Origin: Pocillopora damicornis
Lineage: Eukaryota
Direction of reading: 5' to 3'
Assembly (NCBI RefSeq): GCF_003704095.1
Contig: NW_020844418.1
Span: 1-64,000, forward strand
Length of the DNA: 64,000 nucleotides
A model generated the notes under the pieces. The model saw only the letters and a program-made list of their open reading frames with translations. It was not told the DNA's origin and did no database searches. Position numbers and translations under genes: made by a program. The stretch's first letter is position 1. Each line of letters begins with the position of its first letter. Shown here piece after piece: positions 23,856-37,089 of this stretch.

Positions 23856-25928
23856 ATGGCTGGGTCAGGGGGAGCAGCAGCGGCTGGGGCTTTGGATCAT
23901 GCAGCGAGAACCATGGCAAAAGTAGTGATGGAGATTGCGAACTCGCCCGACTTCGATCGTGAACAAATTCGCGGTGAAAAGCTGACGCTTTCGCAAGCGT
24001 ACTGCTTGTTATGGCAAAATTCTGAAGATGGCAATGTGGGAGGAAGGAGATTTGGCTTCGAGAGTAACAGTGGAGCGACTGCAGCAGTGATTGTGGATTT
24101 GATTGCACTCGGTAAAGTGGAAATTGAAATCGAACCTAACACAACTATGGGCGTGAAAAACGACCATTACCGTCTGAAGGTAATGTAAGCTAGCCTTTGA
24201 TAACAACTGTTTCAAGGTTAATTGCACGGCGGCAAATTCATCGATTTCTCGGGACTAGTATTCTCCTTCCAAAACCATGTTACTCGACAATGTTTGTTAT
24301 AAAACAGGTGCATTGGTTTATGTGATCTGAAGATATACATAACGCGCTCGACTGGCCACACACGATAAAAGCGAAAAACCGTCTCGGAGTTATAAACTTA
24401 TTGCATTGGGATCGTTTACGATCCTCACAGCTAGCGCTACCTTATGTGTAACGCAACAAGGTTGTACATTTGAAAAACTTTACGTACTTTTTATAAATTT
24501 ATTTGCTTTATTTTATGTACTTTTTACCTACTTTTTATCATTGTTTTTATTTGCTCCATACTTAAATTACTGCTGTTTAAGCCGGAAATAAGCTGTCGTT
24601 TACTTTGTCTGAACGGCGAGTTTCGCAGACTTGACGCAATGTGTCTTACTTGAGGAGTGAGTTGCCTACCTCAAACCGTAGAGCAGTTGTGTTCAGACTG
24701 TTTGAACCTCTTTTAAATTTAGGGTAGAGAAGAAAGTTTTCGTGGAATTGTTTACCAGCTGGTGCGATTGAATACATCACCTAGCAATGTTAAGTGCAAA
24801 CGGCCAATCACGAGGCGAAGATTTTTATATGTAAATGTAGCAGTTTGGAAGCTCCAGGGGGCGCCAATTTCTTTTCAAAATTAATCGAAAATTTGAATAT
24901 TTTTGAAGGGTGTTGATCTACTGAGTGATTTTAAGATTGATAAAGCTAGGTGACAGCTGGTGAAGCTAGGTGAACTGTATTGAAATATTTTGTTGGAGAT
25001 GTTTTTTCAACAGGTGAATCATCTTGTGCTCAAATATAAAAGAAATTTACAAACCTATTCTAGGTAGTGATTTTTGTCAACCTATAGGGGTGTGTGTTCA
25101 GAAGGTTTTGTTGCATGTCTGCACTGAATGTCACAACATTCACATTGTTAAGTTATAGCAGGCATAACTTATCACTTCATCCTGTGAAATCATTGAAGGA
25201 AATGCCTTTCTTGCTAAAGGAACTGACACCTCCACATAATGAAACACTGATTACCATATCATTATGAAATGAAATAAATTTCATGTGATCTGCAGATTAA
25301 AATCAAGCAAAAGATTCATTCTTGCAGGTGGACTGCAATTCTAGCAACATGTGCCCTCACATGTCAGTCAGTAGTAGCACCTAACTACAAGAAGTTTGAC
25401 TCCTGTCAAGGCCTCTATACTTCCAGGGTTTTTTTCTGCAATTTCCAAAATTGCATTCCACCTACAGGGATCATTTCTTTGCTTCAAAAACCATACCCTA
25501 ACCCCCTACTTACTGACCTGGAATTTGTTATGGACTTACAGCAGTAAATTTTTTGCAGCATCTCATGTTTCTGCATTATTTCTCCACAAGAGCTTATTTT
25601 TTTGGATAAAGGTCCATCAAACCTTCAAAATTTAAGAAGAAACTAATTAGATCAACAGGACTTACCCTGAACCAAATGTGCTTTCAGGTGGTTGATGAAA
25701 AACCAACTGGTACATATCTTGATGAGGCTCTCTTTAATGGGATCTTGAAACATCATGAAAAACACCCAGACAAGCCAGAGAAAGTGAAGTCTGTGATTTT
25801 TGATGATATAAGTCAACTTAGATCAAAGAATTACTGCTCTACCATTACACTGGGCAGTTTAGTGGAGTTGGGAATTCTTGAAATGAAAGAAAAGATGATG
25901 GGCCGTAAATACCCAACAGTAAACAAAG
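23856..25928 (+). CDS. Divergent GOLPH3/Vps74/GPP34-family protein; two exons visible, 3' part missing (probably in the gap at 25978-26077)
   Basis: Exons 23856-24179 and 25688-25928, in frame. Ordered blocks LTLSQAYCLL, SGATAAVIVDLIALGKVEI, VVDEKPTGTYLDEAL and SLVELGILE..KYP match the GOLPH3 blocks LTLMEEVLLL, SGLRGCMLIELALRGRLQL, DAPTGDVLLDEAL and NLVEKGVLT..THP. Confidence 0.75.
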
Positions 25929-27000
25929 GTAATTATTAACCCTTTACACCCAAAAATAAGTGTTCTCCAAACTCTTCNNNNNNNNNNNNNNNNNNNNNNN
26001 NNNNNNNNNNNNNNNNNNNNNNNNNNNNNNNNNNNNNNNNNNNNNNNNNNNNNNNNNNNNNNNNNNNNNNNNNNNNNTAACTGAATTTAGGATAAAATAA
26101 AAATAAAAATGAAGTACTCAACTCTGTGTTCATCACAGTTATATTATAGGGGACACAATTTAGAAAATAGCAAAATTACATGCCTTAGAAATGTTGTTTT
26201 GTATCTCATACTTTTGTCTTCGCAAGGAAGTTCACATAATGATGTTGGCTGTCCGCAAACGGAGGCTCATACCCTAGAAAGAAAGACAGATAGATGGAGT
26301 CCACATTTAAAAATCATTGTGCTAGCAAAGGTGAAAAAAATAGAACTTAGAACTGTTTTCAGGCTAAGTTATCCACGATCTTGAGGTTTAAATGTCAAGA
26401 ACTCAGCCTGAAATGTTAGACTCCATTCAACCTTTGAAGTTGATTTAATCTTTGCATAGCAGATGGCTGTTTTCATTACAAGTAGTGAATTACGGTCATT
26501 TCGCCTAGTCTAGAGTCGATTCGCCTACGTCCAATGTGTTAGTTCGCTACGTCTTAAACTCCGTACTATGACAATCATTGTATAAAACAGTTGATTCAAT
26601 TGAAAAAAAAATTGATGATACTCGAAAAATATCGCATGAAAATTTGATAAATGTTAATTGTGTTCATCTCATCGTGCTTTGAAATAAGAGACAAATTGAT
26701 TTGGCCCTTTTTGGAATATTGGATAAATGTTGTGATGCACGATGATAATTCTGCACAATGCGCGTTCATTTCGCGACATTTTAGAGTAAATTCATTATAT
26801 TTCGCGTTTCACAATATGTACTAATCTGTCACTGATACATACAAACTTTTTTATAGCTTACACATAAAATAAAGTTTACAAATGCAATTTAATTATTACA
26901 AGAAACTTTTTATAGAAAAGGTTGTGGTTATTCATCGTAGTGAAAAACAGTAAAAGCTAAGTTTTCCGTTTGTCTCACGATGTAGTCATGTGTGATGTAG

Positions 27001-27044
27001 ATCGCGACGTTTCGACTGCGTACTGCTAGTCTTCTTCAGGCGAT
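27001..27044 (-). ncRNA. Minimal hammerhead-like motif in a Penelope-like repeat (~26920-27060); degenerate palindromic relative at ~52415-52640
   Basis: Minus strand: ATCGC-CTGAAGA-a-GACT-agcagtacgc-AGTC-GAAAC-GTC/GCGAT. Confidence 0.6.
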
Positions 27045-28204
27045 GAGGTCGACTGGTCATGCGTGATCTTATAAGCATGATGCTCTGCTGTGATTACTTG
27101 TTTTTCAACAGCTCTGATTTGTGCATTTCGATCCTTGCTGTTCACTCAGTGATTTGCTCCCTCGGCGGTCTGCTGTCGCACGGCTCTCCTGTTGTTGTGT
27201 TTTTTTATCGTGGGCATCCACGCTTCTGGAATTTCTATTCAACTACCCCTGTTGATGCTGTTAAGGTGAAGTCTTACATTAATTGCCTCTTTGACCCTGT
27301 GCGTGTAGTAATAAGGGTCACGATCGTCATCTTTACTTCGTTCTAGAGTGGCTTGTGTAAAAAAACAACTACAACAACTTTTTGAGACTACTAATCATAC
27401 CTATCAGTAATTTTTACTTACTACATGCGGGGACGTTAGTGTTGTCCGCGTGACACCCGCCCCTGGTCGGTCCTTACTGCCTATCCATACGTGGCCCTGT
27501 CAACACCAGTGTGGCAACGACGGTGTTGCCACCTGTCGCATCCGCCGCAGAGTGGGGCTTCCTGGCGGAAGGTGACGATTTGTGTGCAAAAGGTGCAGTC
27601 AAATTCCTCCATGATATCGATGATTATAGCTTTGATGATAGCGTTGACTATTGCGTTGATTATATAACTGCAACTCCAGGATGCCTAATGCGAAAAAAAA
27701 ATTTATGTACATGAAAAAGTGAGCATGAGAAAAATTGAAAAGACAAGTTGCGATTTGTTATAACTCTGCATCTGATTGGTTGAAAGGGAAGGTGCTAGGT
27801 TTTAAGGTGAAAATTTGTGGGGGCGAATTCCTTCATAATTTCCGTACCTGCTCTTCTGATTAGCAACTGGAAAGAAAAAGCATATTTTTTTACAACTTCG
27901 TCCTTCACCCGGATAAGCGAGAATGTTACAGTGACATCGTAGGAGACTAGAACGAGTGCGGACACTTTCGGATTATATACATGAAGTATTTAGATCCGTT
28001 TTCTGACTGAGCAGCTGTGGACTGCCTGTGAATCTTGTGAGGTTCTAGGTCACTATGACCACTAAAACAAGAACTTACGGCAGAGGAATTCTGCGTTTTA
28101 CCTCGCTACAACCATGTAGACGACCTGGACAGACAGCTTATGCAAACGCTGCTCTCAAAAAGGACGGGACAGTAAATAATTCTCGCGTGCAAAATGGCGG
28201 GGAA

Positions 28205-30876
28205 ATGCACGTGCATAAGAACGGAGGTGGAGTAGGTACTTGTTTAGTCGATCGAGCAGTTCAACGTTCAAAATAAAAATTCGGCAAGATTTCCGTTTAA
28301 CCTCATGCTATTCTTAAAGAGAGCTGTGGTCCCAAAGGTAATCTAATGTTTACCATTGTTTTATGTTATCCAAGTAATGTTGCATAATGAGTATGGGGTC
28401 CGACGGAAATCTTGCCCGAAAGTCTTCCCAGTGGTCACTATATTATAACTTGTAGTCCATCATACAATTTTGCTCGTGTGTGATGGATCTTAAGATATCA
28501 CGTGACCAAATATACCCTAGCTAAAACGGGGAAATGTCTGAGGATACACCTTGAGTGATATTATCCAATTTTTAAACCTTACAACTATTATGAAAAAAGT
28601 CTTCTTTTAAAATTTAATTCAGGAGTAGGAAGCGTTTTTCTGTTACTGCAGAAGAAGGAATAAGCTTGTTTGTTCATAAGAGTGTTAAAGAGAATGCTGA
28701 AACCATTTCTTCACCCCTCTTAAAATATTTTTTTATATATAATAATAAACACAATAGCCTCAATATTTAACAAGACTATGCCCATATATTTGTTCTTGGA
28801 AATTATCTGTTCCTCATCTCGGAACAAATAATGTTGCAGACAAATATCCATTTATGTTTTTGCACCATATAGAGGCAATTGTTTATATAAAATTAATTTT
28901 GTTCACATTTGTACTTTTTAGAAACATTCCCAACACCGCCAGCACAAAAAGGAGGTAAACCAGTAAGATTATTGGCAAAGTACAAGTATACAGCAAATCC
29001 AGCCAAACCTGGAGGATTTGATGAGTTAACAATTACGCAAGGAGAGAAATTAGTGTTTAGCAGACCACACCCTTCAAATCCATTCTGGTGGGAGGCAAAG
29101 AATGAAAATGGAGATATAGGATTTGTACCAGCAACTTATATGATGGTAAGTGTCAGTTTATGGACTCCATAAATGTGAATATTACTTGACTTTCCTATTT
29201 CTATGATGATGTATTGTATTGGTGACATAAATCTATAAGAAAAATTGTTCAGGGTACAATTATGTGTGTTGTTTTTGTTGTTGTTGTTGTTGTAGTGTTG
29301 TTGCATATCATTGGAAGGTGCAGGGACTGATGTTAGTTCTGTCAACTCTAGAGCAAAAATAGTGGGTTTGAGGTTTGGTAAGGATAATTAACAGTGTCAT
29401 ACTCCCAGGCAAGACACTTGCATCTTACTTTTAAAGGAGTGCACAGAAGTTGCAAGATGCGCTGATGGCCCTGTGCATCAGTATGTTGACTTTAAGATTT
29501 TAAACCCTTCACACCTTACCATCAGTATGCAAGATCTCCATATTGTTCTCTATACATTACAATACAGTTATGTTCATGGTGTTGAAAAGGAGAATTTGTC
29601 TAACAATCAGAAGTTTCTTGAGTTCGTTATAATTATTTTTTGTTATTCTTGTGACCTTAAAGTTAGCTTCAAGGGTGATACTGTTGGAGGAAATTAGATG
29701 CTTGTCACTGAGGGGTTAACTGTTACTTTGAAACAATCCTGTGATCATTAATTCTAGGGGTCTTTTCAAGGTTGCACTGGTATTTTCATTACATTTTGAA
29801 ATAATCAGGTATTTTTTATTTTAGTGTTAATCATAAAGATTTGTTTCATTCAAGGTTCTTGAAGACAAAATTACCTCTCTGCCATGGCTTGAAGATGCAA
29901 AAAAGAAAAAAACTGAGATAGATGATAAACAGGCAGAGAGTAATCCAGGCGCTAAGCCAGCTTTCAAGCCTTATGTATCAGGTGAGTTTCTCCAACATTT
30001 GGATTGACACAAGTGAGCTTGAAAATGTGAAGCAGTAGAAGAGATTCTAAATACAATAAGGCACCTGTCGGTAACTTTCCTTTTCAACAAAAGTTTTGGC
30101 AAGAAAATGAATTTAGTTCCTATCAAACAGCTACTGATATCCTGCACAGAGGGGTAAGGCTAGAAACTGGGGTTACGCCCTAGCAGTTATGGGCCACTTG
30201 GCCTCTAAGTCTGAACCCTTTTCACCCTAACATCAGTATGCATATTCTCTATACTGTTCTCTCTACTGTCCCTGAGGAGCTGACGAGGAGAATTTGTCAG
30301 ACAATCAAGAGCATAGTTAGTTGGTGATGATTTCCTTTATTCTTGTGACCTTAGTGTTTGACTTAAGAGTGATATTGTAAGGGTCAACCCACCATAGGGG
30401 AATTTAGTATCATCAAGCAAGTTCATAACGTGAATTGGCCATTGTGAAGAGTTTAAAAGCTGATGTTTTTAGCATCAGCTATTAGTCAGAACAATTCAAC
30501 GGAGGGCTAATGCTTGAAACGTGAGCTTTTAAACTCTTCACAGTGGCCAATTTGCATTATCAACTCGGCTGATATTACTAAATTACCTTGTTATGCTCTC
30601 CTACCAATGCAGCACCACAGTTTCTTTAGAAACTTGCCCCCTTAAGTCAACCCACCATAGATTTTCGTATCTCAGGTTTGAAGACAGACTCCTTTTTTTT
30701 CTGCAGCATATGGTTCAAGAAAAAGCAGTTCAAGTAAAAGCAATTCAAGTCAAGAAAACCAATACTACTGTGAAATATGTGATAAAAAGTTGAATGGACC
30801 CATTCCATATGAGGTTCATCTGAAAAGCAAAGCACACAAAGAAGAACTGGAAGTGAGAGAGGAGTTTAACTATTAA
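28205..30876 (+). CDS. Small protein with an N-terminal SH3 domain and a C-terminal U1/matrin (JAZ/ZNF385-like) C2H2 zinc finger
   Basis: Exons 28205 (or in-frame ATG 28055)-28235, 28922-29145, 29855-29981, 30707-30876; phases 1,0,1 close. SH3: AKYKY..DELTITQGEKL..WWEAKNENGDIGFVPATYM. Finger: YYCEICDKKLNGPIPYEVHLKSKAH. 183 aa (233 aa from 28055). Confidence 0.85.
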
Positions 30877-31625
30877 GTAAACAAATACCTGTTATTTGTT
30901 TTTTGAACCACTTGTTTCAGACATCGAAATGGCAATTAAAAGGAAGTGTGCCCATTTTGTAATTATTTACTCCTAGCTGTTTTGTTAAATTAACACTTCT
31001 ATGCTCAAGATCTCATTAGTAATTCTCCCTACTGTTTGCCTCATCATACTTATGATGTTAGTTCTGAGAATTTGGTACTGGATCAGCCAGACATCCCCTG
31101 TTTGATAATATTCTTTGTTCTCATTACATGTCTCCTTGATATTGTATTGATATTGTAAGGAGAAATTCTGTCTTGGTCACTCATGTGAGTTAAAGGGTTA
31201 AAACTTGCTGCATGTAGCCTGTATTAAGAACCAATCAACCTGAAACTAGTAAAACTTCTGTCACCTCTATCATCAGCTTGTGTCAATGAATTCTGGGATG
31301 TAAGTTAAAAAAATGTTTCTGTGAAAGATTATGTTACGATAGTTTATTACCAGAAATGCTTTAAGTTATACACCTAGAGTTGCAGATCATCAGATTTTTG
31401 AATGGCAAGCATAAGAGAAATTATAGGTATTTTTTATATTTATTGCTGAAAATACAACATGTAATTTATTGAGTATTAGGTAAAGAAATAATAAAGTTCA
31501 CATTTGTTATGTTAATGGTGAAGAGTTTTATATTAAACTTACAAAAGAATGATATTTTGGATTTTAGAGTAGTAGTTTGTAAACTTTAAAGTTTACAATT
31601 TCTCCTGGTGAAAGAATATTATTAA

Positions 31626-31822
31626 CCCTTTGACTCCCAAGATCAGATTGTTAATTCTCCCCTCTAGCTGCTACACATTCCTTGTAAACAATCTACAAGA
31701 ATTTGGTGCTAGATCAAGATTAGGACCTCTACCTGATAAGTTTGAGTATTCTTATTACCTGTTGGCTGGATAGTGCATTGTGGGGAGATGTTACATTTTA
31801 ATCACCTCTGGGAGTTTAAGGG
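31626..31822. mobile_element. piggyBac-like MITE
   Basis: TTAA|CCCTTTGACTCCCA...TGGGAGTTTAAGGG|TTAA: TTAA target duplication and CCCT termini. Confidence 0.7.
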
Positions 31823-32768
31823 TTAATGAAACCAATTATTATGTTAATAGGGCATAAGAAGATGCAATGGATGGCTGGGAAAGAACCTTTAAAACTGTTG
31901 TCACCCTTTCTCAAGTTTATTTAATTTGTAAGAAATAAGGAAAGATCAATTTTGTGACAATTTGTGTTCAAATCTGAAATTTAAAGATTAAAAACAGTCC
32001 TAAAAAGGTCTACTGACATCATGACATAGCCCTTTTCCTGTTTGATATCTCTACTTCAACAGTTATTTCTAGTGTCCACAAATTCATTTCAAGAAGTTCA
32101 AAAGGCAAGTTCCTTTAGTCTCATGAACACAGGCAAGGTTACAGAAGGACCCGAACACTTTAGTCACGAAGATAAGCATGAAAAAAACTCAATAAAGTTC
32201 AAGATTGATTTTCTATTGGTGCATTAACAATGGGACTTTCTCTTTGAGGGACGACCAACAATAAAAATTTATCAGAGGGCAATTTAATTCTCCATAGAAA
32301 CACTGTACATGATCCCAGTCAGTACATGTGTTAGTCCCTGTTAGCTGAAGGAGGGGAAATGTTGGTTGGTGATCAGAGCAAAAGATTAAGAGCTACAAAA
32401 GAAGCTATACAAGCACTGATGCACACATCTACATCCCTGATATAGCTCACATTAAATAAACAACGGGTAGTTGCTCCTTTTTGACGAAATTTGTAGCGCG
32501 AATGAAAAAGAAATATCAGCCAAAAATTCAAACACGGTAGTAGTGGGTTTCCTGTGCTGCGCGGCTACCAAGCAACGTCAACATGATACTCAACAACGCA
32601 GTCTTGTGTGCTCTAAACGGGCCTACTATAATCAAAATTTAAATTATGTTACAAATGTTTAGAACTGCTTAATGAGGTATAAGTGGAGCAATGGCCCTGA
32701 ACGCTGTATGGAGGTTGAATCGTAATATTTGAGGGCAAACTTTGTCGGTACGAAGGATAAATTGAAAC

Positions 32769-35700
32769 ATGAGTAGTTCTTGGCAGCCCAATCCAAATGC
32801 TAAGCCGTTTGTACCGGCGTCCGCTTTTTTTACTTTGCCAATTCCTTGCGCAAAGATCCGCATTCGAAAGAAAGGGATTTTTAGCAGGATGATTCAGTGG
32901 ATTTTGGTGATAGTGTTATGCGTGACTGTGATAATAAATTTTATTTTCATTTGGGATACCACGAAGAAATATAGCAGGGATCGAACTGTACTCAATTCAA
33001 ACACAGCTGATGAAGGAGTTGGAATTTCAAACCACAATGAAAACAAAGGTACGGTTTAGTTCTCGACCAATATCCTCAACTAAAATTTACTTCTGAAATA
33101 AAAGATCCTTTATTTAGCAGTGGTTTTACGAAATGCCTAACCGTAAAGTAGAGGAAATTAAGGTCTATTTCAAAGTACTCCAATATTTATTAAGTTCGCA
33201 TGTTCATTCATTCAGGAAATGGTAACCGGCGAAATTTTAACTTGTTAAGACAATCTTGCCACTTGCAACATAATGATTGTTTTGACTTTGTTCTCTTTCC
33301 TTCGTGAGGACATGTTTAAAGTAGTTCTTATGTTTCACCGCAGGATGCCCTTGGTATAAAAAGCCCTCATAAAATTAACAGAAGACATCCTTTTAGAAGC
33401 TTAGAGGTCTTCGCTAATTTCTTTATTTCCCCTCACATTTTTAAATCTACTATGGAAAGCAAAAGATGTTTATAACTTTTGAGTAAGTCACTTTAATTTA
33501 ATCAAAATTTGCTGGTTCTATAGCTGAGGGTCGTAGGATCACTATAGAAGTCCAGTCAAGCAAAGACGTAGCCTCTGTCACTGTAGATGGAACGAAGGTA
33601 CAGCAATAAAACTTTTTGTTGATAATAGAAGCTTGTGACTTTTATGGGTTATAAGCTTCTGATGATAGCTATGGAACATTTTTATTAAGGAAACCAGAGG
33701 AAGTATTTGTATTTTGAGCGAAAACAAAAATAGTATTTACATCGAAATTGTTCATTTATCCTTCGAGACAAGTTTGCTCCACCAATAAGGCTGATGTTTC
33801 TTCATGTAACCATTAATGCACTTAATGATAGGCTTCCAAGGGAGCCAGTGAGTTTTGTCTCCCTGAGCCCCTTACGGTTTCCCAAGGGGTCAGCTGTGAG
33901 GAAATGGTGGGCAGAGAGTCAGCTGAAATTTTAATTTGCTATTGTTAGTTATTACCTCAGGGGGTTACTTAGATTTGTTTTTCTTAGGGGGGATATTGTG
34001 TCTTTGCTCATGGCAAAAGACATGTTCTCCTCCAATCAGAAAAGGTTTGATGCCACTCTGGTTTAAAGATTTAATGAATGTAACCAGGAAGTTACAATTC
34101 ATAGACCCTTTGGTCTATAAATTGTAACTTCTTAGTTACACTCATTAAATCCTTAAACCAGATTTGCATCAAACCATACCTGATTGTCCACCTGGTTACC
34201 ATGTGAACTTTTTAACATATCAGAAAAGGTATTTGAGTTGGAGAGGGATAACTACATTATTAGGATCTTCCTCTAAAAAAATCTTTGATTAATTTATAGA
34301 GGGATGTGTTTCCTTATTCTCTGATCTGTTTATTGAATTTGAATAAAAACTGGAGTTGAAAACAAAGCACATTTATCCCCCAGTAGTTTCCTTTCCAGAG
34401 AACTCACCATTTCTTGACACATTTCCTTCGTTAAACGAAAAAGTATCAGTCAACTTTGACGTAATTTACTATTTCAGTACTAAGTGGGAAAAATCTTTTA
34501 TCTTTTACACCTTGTTCTTGTGAGCCCTAGCTCTTTACATTATATCCCCTGAATCACATATTAAGGGCACAAGAAAAAGGAAACGATCACCAAGTAAAGA
34601 AGCACTTGATTGTTATACAAATTATTCTTGTCAGGGCCTTAAGAAATGCATATAGAAAAGTGTCAAGGATGTACATACTGATGTTAGGGTGTAAAGGGTT
34701 ATGAACAATTAACCCTGTAACTCCCATGAGTGACCAAGATAGAATTTCTCCTTACAGTATCAATACAATACTAACCAGATAAGTGACAAGAATTAAAAAA
34801 AATATATCAATTTGGTGATAATTAGTTGATCCAATACTAAATTCTCTGAACTAACATTACAATAATTGTATGGTTGACAGTAAGGGGAATTGCAAATTTG
34901 ATCTGGGAGTTAAAGGGTTAAGTACCAGAGTGTGAACGTAGGGTGCAGGATTGGATTCTTTGTCAGGGAATTTTTTTCTTCATGAAAAGAATGATTATAT
35001 TTAATTTTTTATTTGATGGTAAGGTGTTGGAGGCTACTGATGAACAAAAGAGAGGAATCAATGTTGCAGTTCTTAACCAGATGACTGGTGCTGTCATGGC
35101 AACAAGGTCATTTGATACCTTTGCTGCTAAAGAGGACTCAGATGCCTTGGTGCTGTTCATCAACATGGTGTCTGATGGTAGAATTCTCTGCTTTGCGATA
35201 CGAGTGAGTTGGTTGCTGTTCATGTTTTAGATTAATTTGTAGCGCATGCAATACAAAAGCAGAAGGCTACCAGTGAAGATTGATAGAGAATTGCCTTGAT
35301 GCTGTTTGGCTCCTGAAATATCATTTTCCTCTTGTGAAAAATGGGATAAGCACCATTCCATTTGCTCTCTGCTTCTTCAAGCAGCTCATGAATGAAGACT
35401 TATTTTGCACCTTTTTAGTGTGTAAATCTCAGAAAAACTTTGTAATAAATGAGACTCACACCTGGAGAGAGATGCATGTACTTTTACAAAGAAGTTTGAA
35501 TCAATGATTTAAAACAGCGTCAACTGATGGTATCTTTAAGTTAGTTTATATTTATGTTATGGCAAACTTGAAGGTTACATTTATAAGATATCAAAGCTCT
35601 GCTAATGATAATGGTGGTATTTTCAATTTACCTTCTAAATATGCTGAATCATGTAACAACAAAAAGGTAGAGAAATATGTTTTTCATTTTGTCATGAACA

Positions 35701-37044
35701 TGGGACAAAGAAAAAATCTTCAAACCTCAGACCTTCAGATTCCACACTCTGATGCTCTACCACTGAGCCACAGAGACTCTACAGTGAGCAAGGTCTATTA
35801 TGAAGTTCGTATGACACACGTCCAGCAAACTGCTAGGATCAGCAGTGTTTCCTCATGGGGACTCTGAATTTTTTCCTTGTCCCATGCTTGTGACAAGATG
35901 AAAAACATCTTTCTCTAGTTCTTTACCATGCTCAAAACTTACTATCTCTCTTACTCTATTAACAAAAACATGTGTTTCGCAAAAATCTGATATTTCTGGT
36001 TTCCAGGATGAAGGGACATATCAACTCAAGAAGACAGCACGCAATCTTATGAATACACTTGGAAGTGAAAACTTTAAGAACTTGAATTTCAGAGACATGT
36101 GGGCCTTTGTGGTGCACAAACGAGGCTCAATCAGTGCAGAGGGGCATAGAAAGGCCCCCAATTTTGACACCTGGGGAGAGCCCCTAACAATTCAGGCCCT
36201 AGTGACACTGCAGTCACAGGACAGTGCTTCTTGTTCATGGGAAGAAAGTGATGTAACAAAAAGAAGGAGAGAATTTTGTGAGAAGTTTGAAGGATATGGC
36301 AGTGTCTGTAGCTGTAAGTGATGTTATGTAGTGGCCATGAATGAATTATGCATCTCTCATTAGATTTTACCAGATTTCTTAACCTTTGATTCCTTAGAGT
36401 AACTAGCATTTAATTTCTCCTAAGAATATTTTCCCCAAAACATGCATTAACCCGTATGTTTGATTTGTTTGCATATTTTTTTTCAATTATTCCAGGCTCA
36501 AACCCTGCCCCACTTGACATCAAAAGTGATCCTTTACCAAATGGGGAAAAAATGTCTCTTCCAATTGCAATCATTGCTAGCAACAGACCAAACTACTTGT
36601 ACCGAATGATTCGCTCTGTCCTTTCTGCTCAGGGAGCAGATCCTAGCAAGATTACAGTCTTTATTGATGGATACTTTGAAGAGCCTTTGGCTGTTGCACG
36701 ATTATTTGGTGTCAGAGGAATCCAGCATACCCCTGTCAGTAGCAAGAATGCAAGAATATCACAGGTGACTTAAGGGAGGAGGGTGGGAAATTAAAGAAGC
36801 TTTGTCAAGTAGTAATGTTTTGTTATCTGTAAAACTACTTTCAGCTGAGCAGGTAATTTATTGTTAACAACTGGGTTGAAAACGTAAATTAGCCACCGTA
36901 AAGGGTAAAAAAGCTGACGTTTCGAGCGTTAGCCCTTCGTCAGAGCTGACGAAGTGCTAACACTCGAAACGTCAGCTTTTTTACCCTTTACGGTGGCTAA
37001 TTTACGTTTTCAACCCAGTTGTTAACACTAAATTACCTGCTATA

Positions 37045-37089
<45 letters not shown>

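Noticed and set aside
27511-27714. Acidic ORF as a possible missing third exon of the GOLPH3-like gene
   Set aside because: No similarity to the GPP34 C-terminal helices and no convincing phase-1 acceptor.
33344-33406. Possible extra exon in POMGNT1-B intron 1
   Set aside because: Has an AG acceptor but hits a stop in the required phase; exons 1 and 2 already join in frame.
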